Origin: an uncultured Acidimicrobiales bacterium
Lineage (GTDB): Bacteria > Actinomycetota > Acidimicrobiia > Acidimicrobiales > JANYDT01
Length of the DNA stretch: 64,000 nucleotides
NCBI GenBank assembly: GCA_963763885.1
Contig: CAVXQD010000007.1
Span: 559,919 to 623,918, forward strand
Reading direction: 5' to 3'
Shown here in pieces: positions 8,037 to 17,675 of this stretch (the first letter of the stretch is position 1; each line of letters begins with the position of its first letter). The notes beneath the pieces are model-generated. The model searched no databases. It was not told the origin of the DNA and saw only the letters and a program-made list of their open reading frames with translations. The translations under genes and the position numbers were made by a program.

Positions 8037-8630
8037 ATGTTTAGGGGGCGTTTCGTCGAGCTTGAACCGCTCAGCGCGCACCACGTCGAGGCGGTCGTCT
8101 CGGCAGTCGGCGCGGACAGGTCAACCTACGAGTGGATCGACGTCCCGGCAACCGCCGACGACGTGCACAAACTCCTCGCGGCGTTCTATTCGCAGCCGCA
8201 ACCTCACGCGTGGATGCCCTTTGTGCAGAAGCGGGTGAAGGACAGTGCCGTGCTCGGGATGACCAACTACGTTGGAATCGAACGCTGGAACGGGCCGGAC
8301 GCCCACCCCACCACGGTCGAGATCGCAAACAGCTGGCTCAACCCACAGGCGCTTCACTCGCCTATCGACACCGAATCGAAGCTGCTGCTCTGCACCCACG
8401 CGTTTGAGGAGTGGCAGGTCGTACGTGTGCAGATCAGAACCGACGCACGGAACGAACGTAGCCGCCGCGCCCTCACCCGGATCGGCGCGCAGTTGGAAGG
8501 TGTGCTGCGCAACGCGCAGCAAGGCTCTGGAGACATCGGACGGGGCGGCCCGCGAGATTCGGCCATCTTCTCGATCATCCCTGAGCATTGGCCGAACGTG
8601 AAAGCCGGCCTCATCGCCCGATTGGGTTAG
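8037..8630 (+). CDS. GNAT family N-acetyltransferase, tandem paralog of 7231..7836
   Basis: MFRGRFVELEPLSAHHVEAV...LGMTNYVGIERWNG...VEIANSWLNPQALHSPIDTESKLLLCTHAFEEWQVVRVQIRTDARNERSRRALTRIGAQLEGVLR is colinear with the upstream gene. The ATG at 8037 was chosen inside track ORF 7785..8630. Confidence 0.8.
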   Translation: MFRGRFVELEPLSAHHVEAVVSAVGADRSTYEWIDVPATADDVHKLLAAFYSQPQPHAWMPFVQKRVKDSAVLGMTNYVGIERWNGPDAHPTTVEIANSWLNPQALHSPIDTESKLLLCTHAFEEWQVVRVQIRTDARNERSRRALTRIGAQLEGVLRNAQQGSGDIGRGGPRDSAIFSIIPEHWPNVKAGLIARLG

Positions 8631-8656
8631 TCGCCCTCAGCGCTGGACTGTACCCA

Positions 8657-8696
8657 CTAGAACCCGCTAGAACCCGCTAGAACCCGCTAGAACCCG
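8657..8696. repeat. 4 x 10-bp tandem repeat CTAGAACCCG
   Basis: Perfect copies at 8657, 8667, 8677 and 8687, between the convergent GNAT and PhyH genes. One of the CTAG units supplies the PhyH stop codon (8679..8677). Confidence 0.95.
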
Positions 8697-9549
8697 TACG
8701 CAAGGGCAGGCTGTCACCGCGCTGCAACCAGTTGTTGTGCGGGTACTGCGCAGTTCCATCAATCACATGGATGGAATAGGCGTCACGTTTCCTGTCAGAA
8801 CGGTTGGCGCCCGAGAAGTGCGGCAGTAGCCCGTGCAACACAACCAACGTGCCGGCTGGTGCTTCCAGCGGCACCGCGCCTGCGATTTCGATGTCGGGCT
8901 GGAACACGTCGAACGACGTGCCGGCCGTGTCGTCGGTCGGGTTGTTCCGAACAAACCGTTTTGACAACGGCGCAAGGTGCCCGCCCGGGACTGCCCACAT
9001 GCAGCCGTTGTCGATGGTTGCGTCTTCGATTGCGAACCAGAAGCCCGTGCAGCTAACCGGGTCCGTGTACAAAAACGTGGCGTCCTGATGACACGTGACC
9101 TCACCCCCGATGTGGGCGTTCTTAAAGATGTACATGCTCTGCAACAACTTTGGGTCCATCAGGCCGATGTCCGATGCGATGCTGGCGAGGTCGGGGTTGC
9201 GACTGAACGTATCGAAGGCGTCGTCTCGATCGTGAAGCGCATGGCCGATCTTGTTGATGGAGCCATGTTTCGGACGGACCAACGTTCCCTCGGCGTCCAC
9301 CGCTTCAGCCTCAAGGAAGCAGCGGATTTCTCCACCTGAACCAAGAAACCATGCGTCGGAAGTGCGGGTCTGGTCATCGGTCTGGAACACGCTGCGGTAG
9401 TCAGCCGGATCGAACGCGTCGACGTGAGCGCTGGCGCGCTCTTTGATCGTGTCGCACGCGTCACGCCCGACGAAGTCCGTGATGACCAGGAACCCATCGC
9501 GTTGGTATGCGTCGATCTGAGCCTGTTCCAACAGTGACCCGGTAGCCAT
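8677..9549 (-). CDS. phytanoyl-CoA dioxygenase (PhyH) family Fe(II)/2OG oxygenase
   Basis: MATGSLLEQAQIDAYQRDGFLVITDF..., then HxD in GEVTCHQDATF, TGFWFAIEDATIDNGCMW, and VVLHGLLPHFSGANRS. The start at ATG 9549 removes a 119-aa extension in the track ORF that is antisense to the next gene. Confidence 0.8.
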   Translation of the reverse strand: MATGSLLEQAQIDAYQRDGFLVITDFVGRDACDTIKERASAHVDAFDPADYRSVFQTDDQTRTSDAWFLGSGGEIRCFLEAEAVDAEGTLVRPKHGSINKIGHALHDRDDAFDTFSRNPDLASIASDIGLMDPKLLQSMYIFKNAHIGGEVTCHQDATFLYTDPVSCTGFWFAIEDATIDNGCMWAVPGGHLAPLSKRFVRNNPTDDTAGTSFDVFQPDIEIAGAVPLEAPAGTLVVLHGLLPHFSGANRSDRKRDAYSIHVIDGTAQYPHNNWLQRGDSLPLRTGSSGF

Positions 9550-9621
9550 GCAGTCAGTCTCGCAGCAATGCGGGAGTGGCAGGTCTTGCAGTTTCCCAGG
9601 GGAGGCAGGAAGTACCATCAA

Positions 9622-10326
9622 ATGGTGCAACTCGTCCTCGTTCGCCACGCCCAACCACACTGGTATGCCGGGCCAGGCGATACTCATCTGGGCAATCCCC
9701 CGCTCACCGAACTCGGTCGCCAGCAAGCAGAGCTCGTTGGTGAGCAACTCGCAGCAGAGAAATGGGATCGCATCTTGGTGTCGCCGTTGCAGCGCTGCCG
9801 CGAGACGGCCGCGCCGTTGTTGAAACGGCTTGGCCAACCCGAGGTCATCGCCGACTGGCTTGAGGAAATCCGGGACCCCAACTGGCAGGGTTACACACGA
9901 GAGCAAGTCATTGCGCTCTACGAAGCCGAGTCACTTGTCGCCATTGAAGACCGTTGGAACGGCTTGGCCGGCGGCGAAAACATCCACGCATTCATCGACC
10001 GGATCGAGCTTGGTCTCAGCGGATTCCTTGCCGAATACGGCATCGTGCGTCACGAGCACCACGTACCAAGCTGGAATTCGCTGGAAGGCTCCGCCGCCGA
10101 AAAGGTCAACGGCCCGCGTGTGCTGCTCATCGCCCACGGCGGCACCAATTCGGTGGTCACCGCAAACCTGTTGGGTGCCCCGCGAGTTCCGTGGCCATGG
10201 AGCCGAATCGGTTACCGCCACACCACCGTTGGGCGGTTCGATGCCAGAGCCGCAAGTCACGTGCTGCACTGGATGCTTGAGGGTCTCGAGACTCACCACC
10301 TGCCACAAGACATGCGCACCGCTTGA
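9622..10326 (+). CDS. histidine phosphatase family protein (phosphoglycerate-mutase-like)
   Basis: MVQLVLVRHAQPH (RHG-type motif), TELGRQQA, VSPLQRCRETA, and LLIAHGGTNSV. GGAGG lies ~15 nt upstream of the ATG at 9622. Confidence 0.8.
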   Translation: MVQLVLVRHAQPHWYAGPGDTHLGNPPLTELGRQQAELVGEQLAAEKWDRILVSPLQRCRETAAPLLKRLGQPEVIADWLEEIRDPNWQGYTREQVIALYEAESLVAIEDRWNGLAGGENIHAFIDRIELGLSGFLAEYGIVRHEHHVPSWNSLEGSAAEKVNGPRVLLIAHGGTNSVVTANLLGAPRVPWPWSRIGYRHTTVGRFDARAASHVLHWMLEGLETHHLPQDMRTA

Positions 10327-10366
10327 GAACTTGCCGTTGCTTGCAGCCGCTTCCTAGGGTGACCGG

Positions 10367-12172
10367 GTGACCACCAAGCAAGACCCATCGGCAGCGGACA
10401 AAGAGGCTCTCCGAGCCAAATACCTTGCTGAACGAGACAAGCGGCTGCGCGCTGACGGCAACCAGCAGTACCTGCAGCCGGTCGGCAAGTTTGCGCGATT
10501 CCTCGAAGATCCGCACGTACCGGTGAAGCCTCGGGACCCCGTCACGGATCACGTCACGCTGACATTCATCGGCGGCGGATTCGCTGGTCTAGTGACCGCC
10601 GGACGTCTCACGGAGGCCGGCGTCACGGCCGTGCGCATCGTGGAGAAAGGCGGTGACGTCGGCGGCACTTGGTACTGGAACCGCTACCCCGGAGCGCAGT
10701 GCGATACGGCGGCGATGGTTTACCTACCTCTGCTCGAAGAGACCGGCCACATGCCGTCAGAGAAGTACACGCATGGTCCTGAGATCCTTGAGCATTGCCA
10801 GCGGATTGCCCGCCATTACGGCCTCTATGACAACGCGTTGTTGTCCACCGAAGTAACCGGCGCGGAATGGGACCAAGAGGCTCGGTGCTGGACCGTCACC
10901 ACGAATCGAGGAGACCGCTTCACCACGAAATATCTGGCCATGGGAACAGGTCCGTTGCATCGGCCGAAGCTTCCAGGAATCCCCGGAATCGAAACATACG
11001 CGGGTCACAGTTTCCACACCAGCCGCTGGGACTATGAGTACACCGGAGGCAGTGCAGACGGAGAACTGATGGCCGGTTTGGCCGACAAGCGAGTCGGCAT
11101 CATCGGCACGGGGGCAACGGCCGTCCAGTGCGTTCCACACCTCGCTCGCAGTGCCGGGGAGTTGTTCGTGTTCCAACGCACCCCGTCGTCCATCGACATC
11201 CGCAACAACCACCCGATGGACCCGGAATGGTTTTCCACCCTGCAGCCGGGCTGGCAGGAACAATGGCTGCTGAACTTCACCACGTTGCAGACTGGCGGCT
11301 TTGTTGACGAAGACTTGGTGAAAGACGGCTGGACCGACATCAGCCAGCGCATCCGAGACAAACTGTTCTCCGTTCCAAATCCCCAGTTCACCCCGGAAGC
11401 AGCAGAGTGGGCCTACCACGAGAGCGACGACGAGAAGATGGTGGAGATCCGCAAGCGGGTCGATGAAATCATCGCAGACCCAGAAACAGCCGAGGCACTG
11501 AAGCCGTGGTACCGCCAGCTTTGTAAGCGTCCATGCTTCCACGACGAATACCTGTATGCATACAATCAACCAAACGCTCACCTCATCGATACCGATGGCA
11601 AAGGCGTGGAAAGAATCGACGAGACCGGCGTGTGGGTCAACGGTGTTCACTACGAACTAGACCTCCTCATCTACGCATCGGGATTCGAAGTGGGCACGGA
11701 GTACAAGCGCCGGTCCGGTTACGACGTCACCGGCGTTGACGGTCAACTTCTGTCACAGTATTGGGCCGACGGAATGCGCAGCCTGCATGGCATCCACGTC
11801 AACGGGTTCCCCAACTTGTTCGTAGTGAGCCCGTCTCAGGCCGCAAACCTCATCAGCAATGTGCCGCACAACCTCACCGAGGCAGGGCGCACCATTGCTG
11901 CGATTGTGTCGCATGCAGAGGAGATCGGCGCAAACCTGGTGGAGGTACAACCAGAGGCCGAAGCGGAATGGGTTGACCGACTGTTGAAGGGTGGCCGTCG
12001 GTTCGCCAACCGCCCCGACTGCACCCCTGGCTACTACAACAACGAAGGACAGGACGCTGGTCCAGCGGCACTGCTCAACAGCGTGGGATACCCCGAAGGG
12101 CCGGTGGCATATTTCAACTACATCGCCAAGTGGCGCTCGGACGGCCAGTTCGCCGGCCTCAACTTCACCTGA
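10367..12172 (+). CDS. type I Baeyer-Villiger monooxygenase (FAD/NADPH-dependent)
   Basis: GGGFAGL FAD motif, GGTWYWNRYPGAQCD, BVMO fingerprint YAGHSFHTSRWD (FxGxxxHxxxWD), and a second Rossmann motif GTGATAVQ. Confidence 0.85.
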   Translation: MTTKQDPSAADKEALRAKYLAERDKRLRADGNQQYLQPVGKFARFLEDPHVPVKPRDPVTDHVTLTFIGGGFAGLVTAGRLTEAGVTAVRIVEKGGDVGGTWYWNRYPGAQCDTAAMVYLPLLEETGHMPSEKYTHGPEILEHCQRIARHYGLYDNALLSTEVTGAEWDQEARCWTVTTNRGDRFTTKYLAMGTGPLHRPKLPGIPGIETYAGHSFHTSRWDYEYTGGSADGELMAGLADKRVGIIGTGATAVQCVPHLARSAGELFVFQRTPSSIDIRNNHPMDPEWFSTLQPGWQEQWLLNFTTLQTGGFVDEDLVKDGWTDISQRIRDKLFSVPNPQFTPEAAEWAYHESDDEKMVEIRKRVDEIIADPETAEALKPWYRQLCKRPCFHDEYLYAYNQPNAHLIDTDGKGVERIDETGVWVNGVHYELDLLIYASGFEVGTEYKRRSGYDVTGVDGQLLSQYWADGMRSLHGIHVNGFPNLFVVSPSQAANLISNVPHNLTEAGRTIAAIVSHAEEIGANLVEVQPEAEAEWVDRLLKGGRRFANRPDCTPGYYNNEGQDAGPAALLNSVGYPEGPVAYFNYIAKWRSDGQFAGLNFT

Positions 12173-12194
12173 CCCCGGTCACCCCGAGGGCAGG

Positions 12195-12959
12195 TCACCG
12201 TTGCGGATCTTTGACCGCAATCACGTGCAGCAAGGACCCGAACCAACGGTATGGGTCCTTGGCTGCGGCAAGGGCTTCTACTTCAAGCAGCGCCTGAAGG
12301 TCTTCACCCGCCGGAAGAGCCGACCCATGCGGAACGGAGTCGTTGAACACACGCACACCGAACCACTGCTCGATGACCAGGCCCGCATTGCGTAGATCGG
12401 TTTCGACGTCTGCCAATCGGTCAGCACGTGCGTCCACTCCCACGCCGTTGAGGTAACGATCGCCACGCATCGCTTCGATAGCCGCAGGCCAGTCTCGGCG
12501 CATCCCAGGTCGTGCGGCAAGAGCATCGCCATTGCGAAACGCAATCGACAAACGGCCGCCCGGGGCGACACGATCCGCCAGCTGGCCAATGGCCGCAGTG
12601 CGATCATCGAGGTACATCAACAAACCATGCGCGCATACAAGATCAAATTGCCGGCCCTCGCAGGCAGTCACTGCGTCGGCCAACGTGGCATCAATCTGTG
12701 TCAGCCGCACTTTGGCTTCGTTGGCTGATGCCGAACACAAAGCCCGCAGTTGCGGCGAAGGTTCAAGACACGTCACCACGCAGCCAAGGCGGGCGAGCTC
12801 GATTGCCTGCGTACCTTGGCCCGCACCAACGTCGAGCACCGAAGACCCTTTTTTGGCCAGCGGTGCGAGCTGGCGGCGAATCAGCTCCTGGCGAATGACG
12901 TTGCGAAGGTCACCCAACTGTTGGATCCACTGCACCTGACCGGAATCGAAGGCTGCCAT
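12195..12959 (-). CDS. class I SAM-dependent methyltransferase
   Basis: VLDVGAGQGTQAIELARLGCVVTCLEPS (motif I plus the post-I acidic residue), followed by FDLVCAHGLLMYL. Confidence 0.75.
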   Translation of the reverse strand: MAAFDSGQVQWIQQLGDLRNVIRQELIRRQLAPLAKKGSSVLDVGAGQGTQAIELARLGCVVTCLEPSPQLRALCSASANEAKVRLTQIDATLADAVTACEGRQFDLVCAHGLLMYLDDRTAAIGQLADRVAPGGRLSIAFRNGDALAARPGMRRDWPAAIEAMRGDRYLNGVGVDARADRLADVETDLRNAGLVIEQWFGVRVFNDSVPHGSALPAGEDLQALLEVEALAAAKDPYRWFGSLLHVIAVKDPQR

Positions 12960-13003
12960 TGCGACTACCTGGTGGTTGGCAGCTGACGAAAACGGTGCTG
13001 CTG

Positions 13004-13366
13004 CTAGTTGGCGTCAGAGTCGCTGAGGCCGAAAAGCAGCCATGCGCGGTCGTCGTCGGCGCCTTCTAGGCGCGCATACATCTTGTCGCCGATGGGGTTA
13101 CCGGTCATGTCGATGGCAAGCGCTTGGGTGGGGTCGTTGCCAAGGCTGAGAGCACCCAGCTGGACGGCATCTTGAACCGGCTGGGGGCAATCGTCGGCAA
13201 CGACACCATCAATTGCGAGGCGTTGCACCCAGGTAGCCACCTTCGACGGGCTACACCCGTCTGGCACTTCAAGTTCGGTCACCGTGCGGACCGACGGCGG
13301 CAGCGGCTGCAAGGTTCGGCCCTCTCGAGGAGTAGGTCCGACGGCAAAAGTTGTCCAGGCTCGCAT
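13004..13366 (-). CDS. hypothetical acidic protein
   Basis: 120-aa ORF lying 15 nt downstream of the fumarase stop on the same strand. No recognisable motif and no obvious RBS; the start may be internal. Confidence 0.35.
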   Translation of the reverse strand: MRAWTTFAVGPTPREGRTLQPLPPSVRTVTELEVPDGCSPSKVATWVQRLAIDGVVADDCPQPVQDAVQLGALSLGNDPTQALAIDMTGNPIGDKMYARLEGADDDRAWLLFGLSDSDAN

Positions 13367-13381
13367 AGCGCAGAAGAGATT

Positions 13382-15037
13382 CTACGCCTTCTTTCCGATG
13401 CTCACCGGACGATTGACCGATTCGAAGAAGTCGTTGCCCTTGTCATCGACCACGATGAAGGCAGGAAAGTCAACGACATCGATGCGCCAGACCGCTTCCA
13501 TACCCAGTTCGGGATACTCCAGAACCTCTACCTTGGTGATGCAATCCTGGGCCAACCGAGCCGCTGGACCACCGATGGAACCGAGGTAGAAGCCACCGTG
13601 CTTCTTGCACGCGTCGGTAACTGCCTTGGACCGATTGCCCTTAGCAAGCATCACAAAACTGCCACCGGCGGCCTGAAACGCGTCAACGTAAGAGTCCATA
13701 CGACCAGCCGTGGTTGGACCGAACGATCCGCTTGCCATGCCGGTTGGCGTCTTGGCCGGGCCTGCATAATAAACGCACTGATCTTTCAAATACTCAGGTA
13801 ACCCAAGACCCGCATCGAGGCGTTCTTTGATCTTTGCGTGGGCGATGTCGCGGGCAACCACCATCGAGCCGGTCAACGAAAGGCGCGTCTTCACCGGGTA
13901 ACGCGAAAGGTCGGCACGGATTTCCGCCATCGGCCGGTTGAGGTCGATCTGAACAACGGCGCCGCCCAACTCTTCGCTGCTGACCTCAGGCAAGAACTGT
14001 GCGGGGTCAGTCTCCAGCTGCTCGAGGAAGATGCCTTCGGCTGTGATTTTGCCAAGCGCATTGCGATCGGCGCTGCAGCTCACGGCTAAGGCAACGGGGC
14101 ACGATGCGCCGTGGCGCGGGAGACGGATGACACGCACATCGTGGCAGAAGTACTTGCCGCCGAACTGCGCGCCGATTCCGGTTGCCTGCGAGATCCGCAG
14201 CACCTCAGCCTCCATCTCCAAGTCGCGAAAGCCACGTCCGTCTGCGTTGCCAGAAGTTGGAAGCGAGTCCAGGTAGCGGGCACTTGCGAGCTTGGCAACC
14301 TTGAGTGCGTACTCGGCGCTTGTTCCGCCGATGACCACGCCCAAGTGATACGGCGGGCACGCCGCAGTACCAAGCGTACGTATTTTCTCGTCCATCCATG
14401 CGCTGAACGACGCTGGGTTGAGCAGGGCCTTGGTCTCTTGGAACAACAAGCTCTTGTTGGCCGAGCCGCCGCCCTTGGTCATGAACAAGAACTTGTAGGA
14501 CGCGTCGCCGGTGGCTTCGATCTCGATTTCGGCCGGCAGGTTGGTGCCCGTGTTCTGCTCGTCCCACATGTTGAGAGGGGCCATCTGGGAGTAACGCAGG
14601 TTTGTGTTGACGAACGTGTCGTAGACGCCGTGGGCAATTGCGGCTTTGTCGTCGCCGCCGGTGAAGACGAACTGACCCTTCTTTGCCTTGATGATCGCCG
14701 TGCCAGTGTCTTGGCAGCCCGGCAGGATGCCAGCCGACGCGATGACCGCATTCTTCAGCAGGTCGAGCGCAACAAACTTGTCGTTCCCCGTCGCTTCGGG
14801 ATCGTCGATGATGTTGCGCAGTTGCTGCAAGTGGCCGGGACGCAGCAGGTGGCTGATGTCGTGGATGGCTTCCGCTGTCAGGCGACGAATGGCCTCAGGG
14901 TGGACTCGCAGGAACTGTTTGCCGTCAACCTCAAACGTGGACACCCCGTCAGTTGAGATGAGCCGATACGGCGTGGTGTCAGGTGCACCCTCGCCCAGCG
15001 GCAGGATGTCTTGGTAGCGGAACTCTGGGGTGGCCAT
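13382..15037 (-). CDS. class I (Fe-S) fumarate hydratase, fused alpha/beta type
   Basis: [15 protein letters not shown]..., [26 protein letters not shown], and the C-terminal beta domain GPAKTP...GPTTAGRMD...MLAKGNRS. 551 aa from ATG 15037. The 755-aa track ORF is an upstream run-on. Confidence 0.9.
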   Translation of the reverse strand: MATPEFRYQDILPLGEGAPDTTPYRLISTDGVSTFEVDGKQFLRVHPEAIRRLTAEAIHDISHLLRPGHLQQLRNIIDDPEATGNDKFVALDLLKNAVIASAGILPGCQDTGTAIIKAKKGQFVFTGGDDKAAIAHGVYDTFVNTNLRYSQMAPLNMWDEQNTGTNLPAEIEIEATGDASYKFLFMTKGGGSANKSLLFQETKALLNPASFSAWMDEKIRTLGTAACPPYHLGVVIGGTSAEYALKVAKLASARYLDSLPTSGNADGRGFRDLEMEAEVLRISQATGIGAQFGGKYFCHDVRVIRLPRHGASCPVALAVSCSADRNALGKITAEGIFLEQLETDPAQFLPEVSSEELGGAVVQIDLNRPMAEIRADLSRYPVKTRLSLTGSMVVARDIAHAKIKERLDAGLGLPEYLKDQCVYYAGPAKTPTGMASGSFGPTTAGRMDSYVDAFQAAGGSFVMLAKGNRSKAVTDACKKHGGFYLGSIGGPAARLAQDCITKVEVLEYPELGMEAVWRIDVVDFPAFIVVDDKGNDFFESVNRPVSIGKKA

Positions 15038-15059
15038 ATGTATGCAAGTCTGCCCCGTG

Positions 15060-16355
15060 ATGAGTGCGCCGGTGAACCCAGACCTTTCCTCGCTGCCGTT
15101 GTGGGAATACGCCACCGCCGGCCCACTGCGAGAGCGCCTCAACGGCCTCACCTTGGCCGGGGTGAAGACCACAACATTCGACGTCGTTGATCCGACGGAA
15201 GCACCTTCCGTGGCGGGGAGCCGCTGGGTGATGGTTGGATCTGATTCGGCCCGCCTGGCCGTGCTGGAAGTTCTCGAGGTCACGGAGATGCGCCTGGCCG
15301 ATGTGCCGTGGGAGTTGGCCAACGCCGAGGGCGAATCCTTCACGGACGTGGCCGATTGGCGTGCTGCGCACAACCGGTTTTGGGCGTCGGTCGGCGAAGT
15401 GGTCACCGACGAGACGTTGGTTCGTTGCGAGCGGTTCGTGTTGGTCGAGGCGTTGGAAGGCGCATCCGGGCCGCGTTTTCCGGTCGTCGAAGTTCTCGTG
15501 TCGCCCGACGATGTGGAGTTGGTGTCGGCCGACCTGGCGGAGTTGGACACCATCGGCATCGAAGAAGTTGCGGGTGGTTCCACCACCAACGGCACCCCGG
15601 TTCCTGAAGGCATGGTGATGCTGCGGGCTGGGTTCGCTTCCGATGCCATGGCCGCAGCAGCGGAACAGGAGTTGCCGGGATCGCACTGGCGTCGGTTCGA
15701 GGTGCTGATCGGCGACGACTGGCTGGACGCATGGCGCGATGCGTTTCAACCGGTCGTGTCCGGACGGTTCCTGATCTGGCCCGATTGGAGCGATGCCGAG
15801 GTACCCGAAGACACCGCTGAGTTGCAGGTTGTCCGGTTTGATCCCGGCCGCGCTTGGGGGACCGGTGGACATCAATCCACCCGTCTCGCATTGCGGTTGC
15901 TGCAATCCTTGCCAGCAGAAGCTGTTGAGGGGGCCACCGTGTTTGATGCTGGCTGTGGCAGCGGGTTGCTGGGCATCGTGGCTGCGCTTCTGGGCGCTAC
16001 TCACGTCGATGCGGTTGACGTCGATATGGCCGCTCCCCCGATTGTGGCCGCAAATGCCGCGTTGAGCGGGGTTGAATCCGTTGTGTCTGCAAGCACCGAA
16101 ACGGTGGAATCCGTTGCGCAGCGCGCCGCGGGAACCTACGACATCGTGCTGGCCAACATCCTCGCCCCAGTTCTGATCGGGCTGGCCCCGCATCTCACGC
16201 AGTCCCTCGCACCGCACGGTCAGTTGATTCTGGCCGGCGTGATCGACTCCCAAGTTGCCGACATCTGCCGCGCCTACCAAATGCTGCGCCTCGAACACAT
16301 CGCCGCCGACGGCATCTGGCGCGGCTTGCTCCTTCGCCGCAAACCCCGTCTCTGA
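15060..16355 (+). CDS. prmA: ASCH domain fused to ribosomal protein L11 methyltransferase (PrmA)
   Basis: The N-terminal ~150 aa is [26 protein letters not shown]...[23 protein letters not shown]...VRCERFVLV, an ASCH/PUA-like pattern. A complete PrmA follows: [79 protein letters not shown]. Start is 15042 or 15060. Confidence 0.75.
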   Translation: MSAPVNPDLSSLPLWEYATAGPLRERLNGLTLAGVKTTTFDVVDPTEAPSVAGSRWVMVGSDSARLAVLEVLEVTEMRLADVPWELANAEGESFTDVADWRAAHNRFWASVGEVVTDETLVRCERFVLVEALEGASGPRFPVVEVLVSPDDVELVSADLAELDTIGIEEVAGGSTTNGTPVPEGMVMLRAGFASDAMAAAAEQELPGSHWRRFEVLIGDDWLDAWRDAFQPVVSGRFLIWPDWSDAEVPEDTAELQVVRFDPGRAWGTGGHQSTRLALRLLQSLPAEAVEGATVFDAGCGSGLLGIVAALLGATHVDAVDVDMAAPPIVAANAALSGVESVVSASTETVESVAQRAAGTYDIVLANILAPVLIGLAPHLTQSLAPHGQLILAGVIDSQVADICRAYQMLRLEHIAADGIWRGLLLRRKPRL

Positions 16356-16373
16356 TCGCCGGTTAACGCAAAA

Positions 16374-16401
16374 GGTGCCCGGTCTGAGAAGACCGAGCAC
16401 C
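16374..16401. terminator. hairpin 1 between convergent prmA and FAS1-OmpA genes
   Basis: GGTGCCCGGTC-TGAGAA-GACCGAGCACC, an 11-bp stem with 1 mismatch, 19 nt after the prmA stop. No clear U-tract. Confidence 0.4.
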
Positions 16402-16426
16402 TGAGGCAATTCGTCTTGCGGGAGAA

Positions 16427-16451
16427 CACCTCGGAACTGCGTTCCGAGGTG
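16427..16451. terminator. hairpin 2 (perfect 11-bp stem)
   Basis: CACCTCGGAAC-TGC-GTTCCGAGGTG. Confidence 0.45.
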
Positions 16452-16454
16452 AAC

Positions 16455-16474
16455 TGCCCCCAACGCAGGGGGCA
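16455..16474. terminator. hairpin 3 (7-bp GC stem)
   Basis: TGCCCCC-AACGCA-GGGGGCA, 11 nt beyond the stop of the minus-strand gene. Confidence 0.4.
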
Positions 16475-16484
16475 ACCTCTCTCG

Positions 16485-17642
16485 CTAGGGCTGGATTTCG
16501 ATGGTGACCTTGCGGCTCTTGGCCTCGTCGACGTCGGGCTCGGTATCGCCCTTGGCATCGACCGAGAACTCGATCTTGGAGGCGTCAGCACCGAGACCCT
16601 GTTCGAGGTCGGCCTTCACGTTGTTGGCGCGAGCGATGGAGAGCTCACGGTTGCGCTGAGCGTTGCCTCGGGTAGAAGCGTGGCCCACGATGATGACCTT
16701 GGTACCTGCGGGCAGCTTCTTCAACTGCTCGACGGCACCGTCGATCTTGGCCTGTGCCTCTGCATCGATTTGAGCCGACGCATTTGCAAAATAGACCGTG
16801 AGCGATTCTGGCGTTGCTGGAGCAGCAGGAGCAGCCACCAACGAAGCAAGGTCAAGGCCCGGCGGCAACAACACCGTGTCAATGGCGTGGATGACGCCGT
16901 TCGACGCAGGGATGTCAGGCGTGATGACGTTGGCATCGTTGGCCTTCACTGGATCGATAGACAGCGTGACCGTGTCACCCTGCACCGTTGCGACATCACC
17001 AGCGGTGATGTCTTTCGCAAAAGTCTCGCCGCTGACCACGTGATACGTGAGGACTTTGGCAAGGATGTCTTTGTTTTCGGGTTTCAGCAACGCATCGAGT
17101 ACACCCTCAGGCAGCTTGGCGAAGGCCTCGTCGGTCGGTGCGAACACCGTGAACTTGCCCTCCCCCATCAGCGTGTCCTTCAAGCCAGCTGCTTCGATGG
17201 CAGCTGTGAGCTTGGTGAAGTTGCCAGCAGCGGCTGCTACAACCGGAATTGGCTGAGCGGCGACCGCAACCGTGGTGTCCACCGCAGCAACAGCAGCAAC
17301 GGTGGTCTCGGGAGCCAACGTGGTTTCCACAGCGATGGTGGTTTCAACGGGCACGGCAGCAACCGTTGTCTCTGGAGCAACCGTTTCAACCGGGGCAAGC
17401 GTCGTTTCAACGGCTACCTCGGTGTCAAGTGGTGCGGCCTCAACATTGGCATCACCGCGTGGCCAGAAGGCCATTGGGATGGTTCCAAGCGCAACGAGAG
17501 GTATCCACCAAGGTCGCTTGCGGCGAACCACGTACTCCTCGATGGTTGTCTTTTTCGTCACCGTTGTGGTGGTGACTTTGGTCGTACTTGACGCGCCGGC
17601 CGAAGCCGACCCGCCGCGCGACGTCTGTGAGTTGTCAGTCAT
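16485..17642 (-). CDS. membrane-anchored fasciclin (FAS1) domain / OmpA-like domain fusion protein
   Basis: One TM segment (WWIPLVALGTIPMAFW) and a T/V/A/E-rich repeat linker. The FAS1 domain is FTVFAPTDEAFAKLPEG...LTYHVVSG...NGVIHAIDTVLLP. The C-terminal OmpA/MotB-like domain is VYFANASAQID...IIVGHASTRGNAQRNRELSIARANNV...SRKVTIEI. Confidence 0.8.
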   Translation of the reverse strand: MTDNSQTSRGGSASAGASSTTKVTTTTVTKKTTIEEYVVRRKRPWWIPLVALGTIPMAFWPRGDANVEAAPLDTEVAVETTLAPVETVAPETTVAAVPVETTIAVETTLAPETTVAAVAAVDTTVAVAAQPIPVVAAAAGNFTKLTAAIEAAGLKDTLMGEGKFTVFAPTDEAFAKLPEGVLDALLKPENKDILAKVLTYHVVSGETFAKDITAGDVATVQGDTVTLSIDPVKANDANVITPDIPASNGVIHAIDTVLLPPGLDLASLVAAPAAPATPESLTVYFANASAQIDAEAQAKIDGAVEQLKKLPAGTKVIIVGHASTRGNAQRNRELSIARANNVKADLEQGLGADASKIEFSVDAKGDTEPDVDEAKSRKVTIEIQP

Positions 17643-17675
17643 GGGTGCTCGTTTGCCTTCGTCTCTCCGTCAGGC

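Noticed and set aside
8677-9906. 409-aa version of the PhyH ORF
   Set aside because: The N-terminal 119 aa overlap the histidine phosphatase gene in antisense. PhyH homology begins at MATGSLLEQ (ATG 9549).
13382-15649. 755-aa version of the fumarase ORF
   Set aside because: The extra 204 N-terminal residues are low-complexity S/T/R-rich antisense to the ASCH-PrmA gene. The conserved fumarase sequence starts at MATPEF (ATG 15037).
14979-17591. Long antisense ORFs 14979..16475 (minus, 498 aa) and 16416..17591 (plus, 391 aa)
   Set aside because: These are typical high-GC shadow ORFs opposite well-supported genes (prmA fusion, FAS1-OmpA). They have Arg/Gly/His-rich composition and no motifs.
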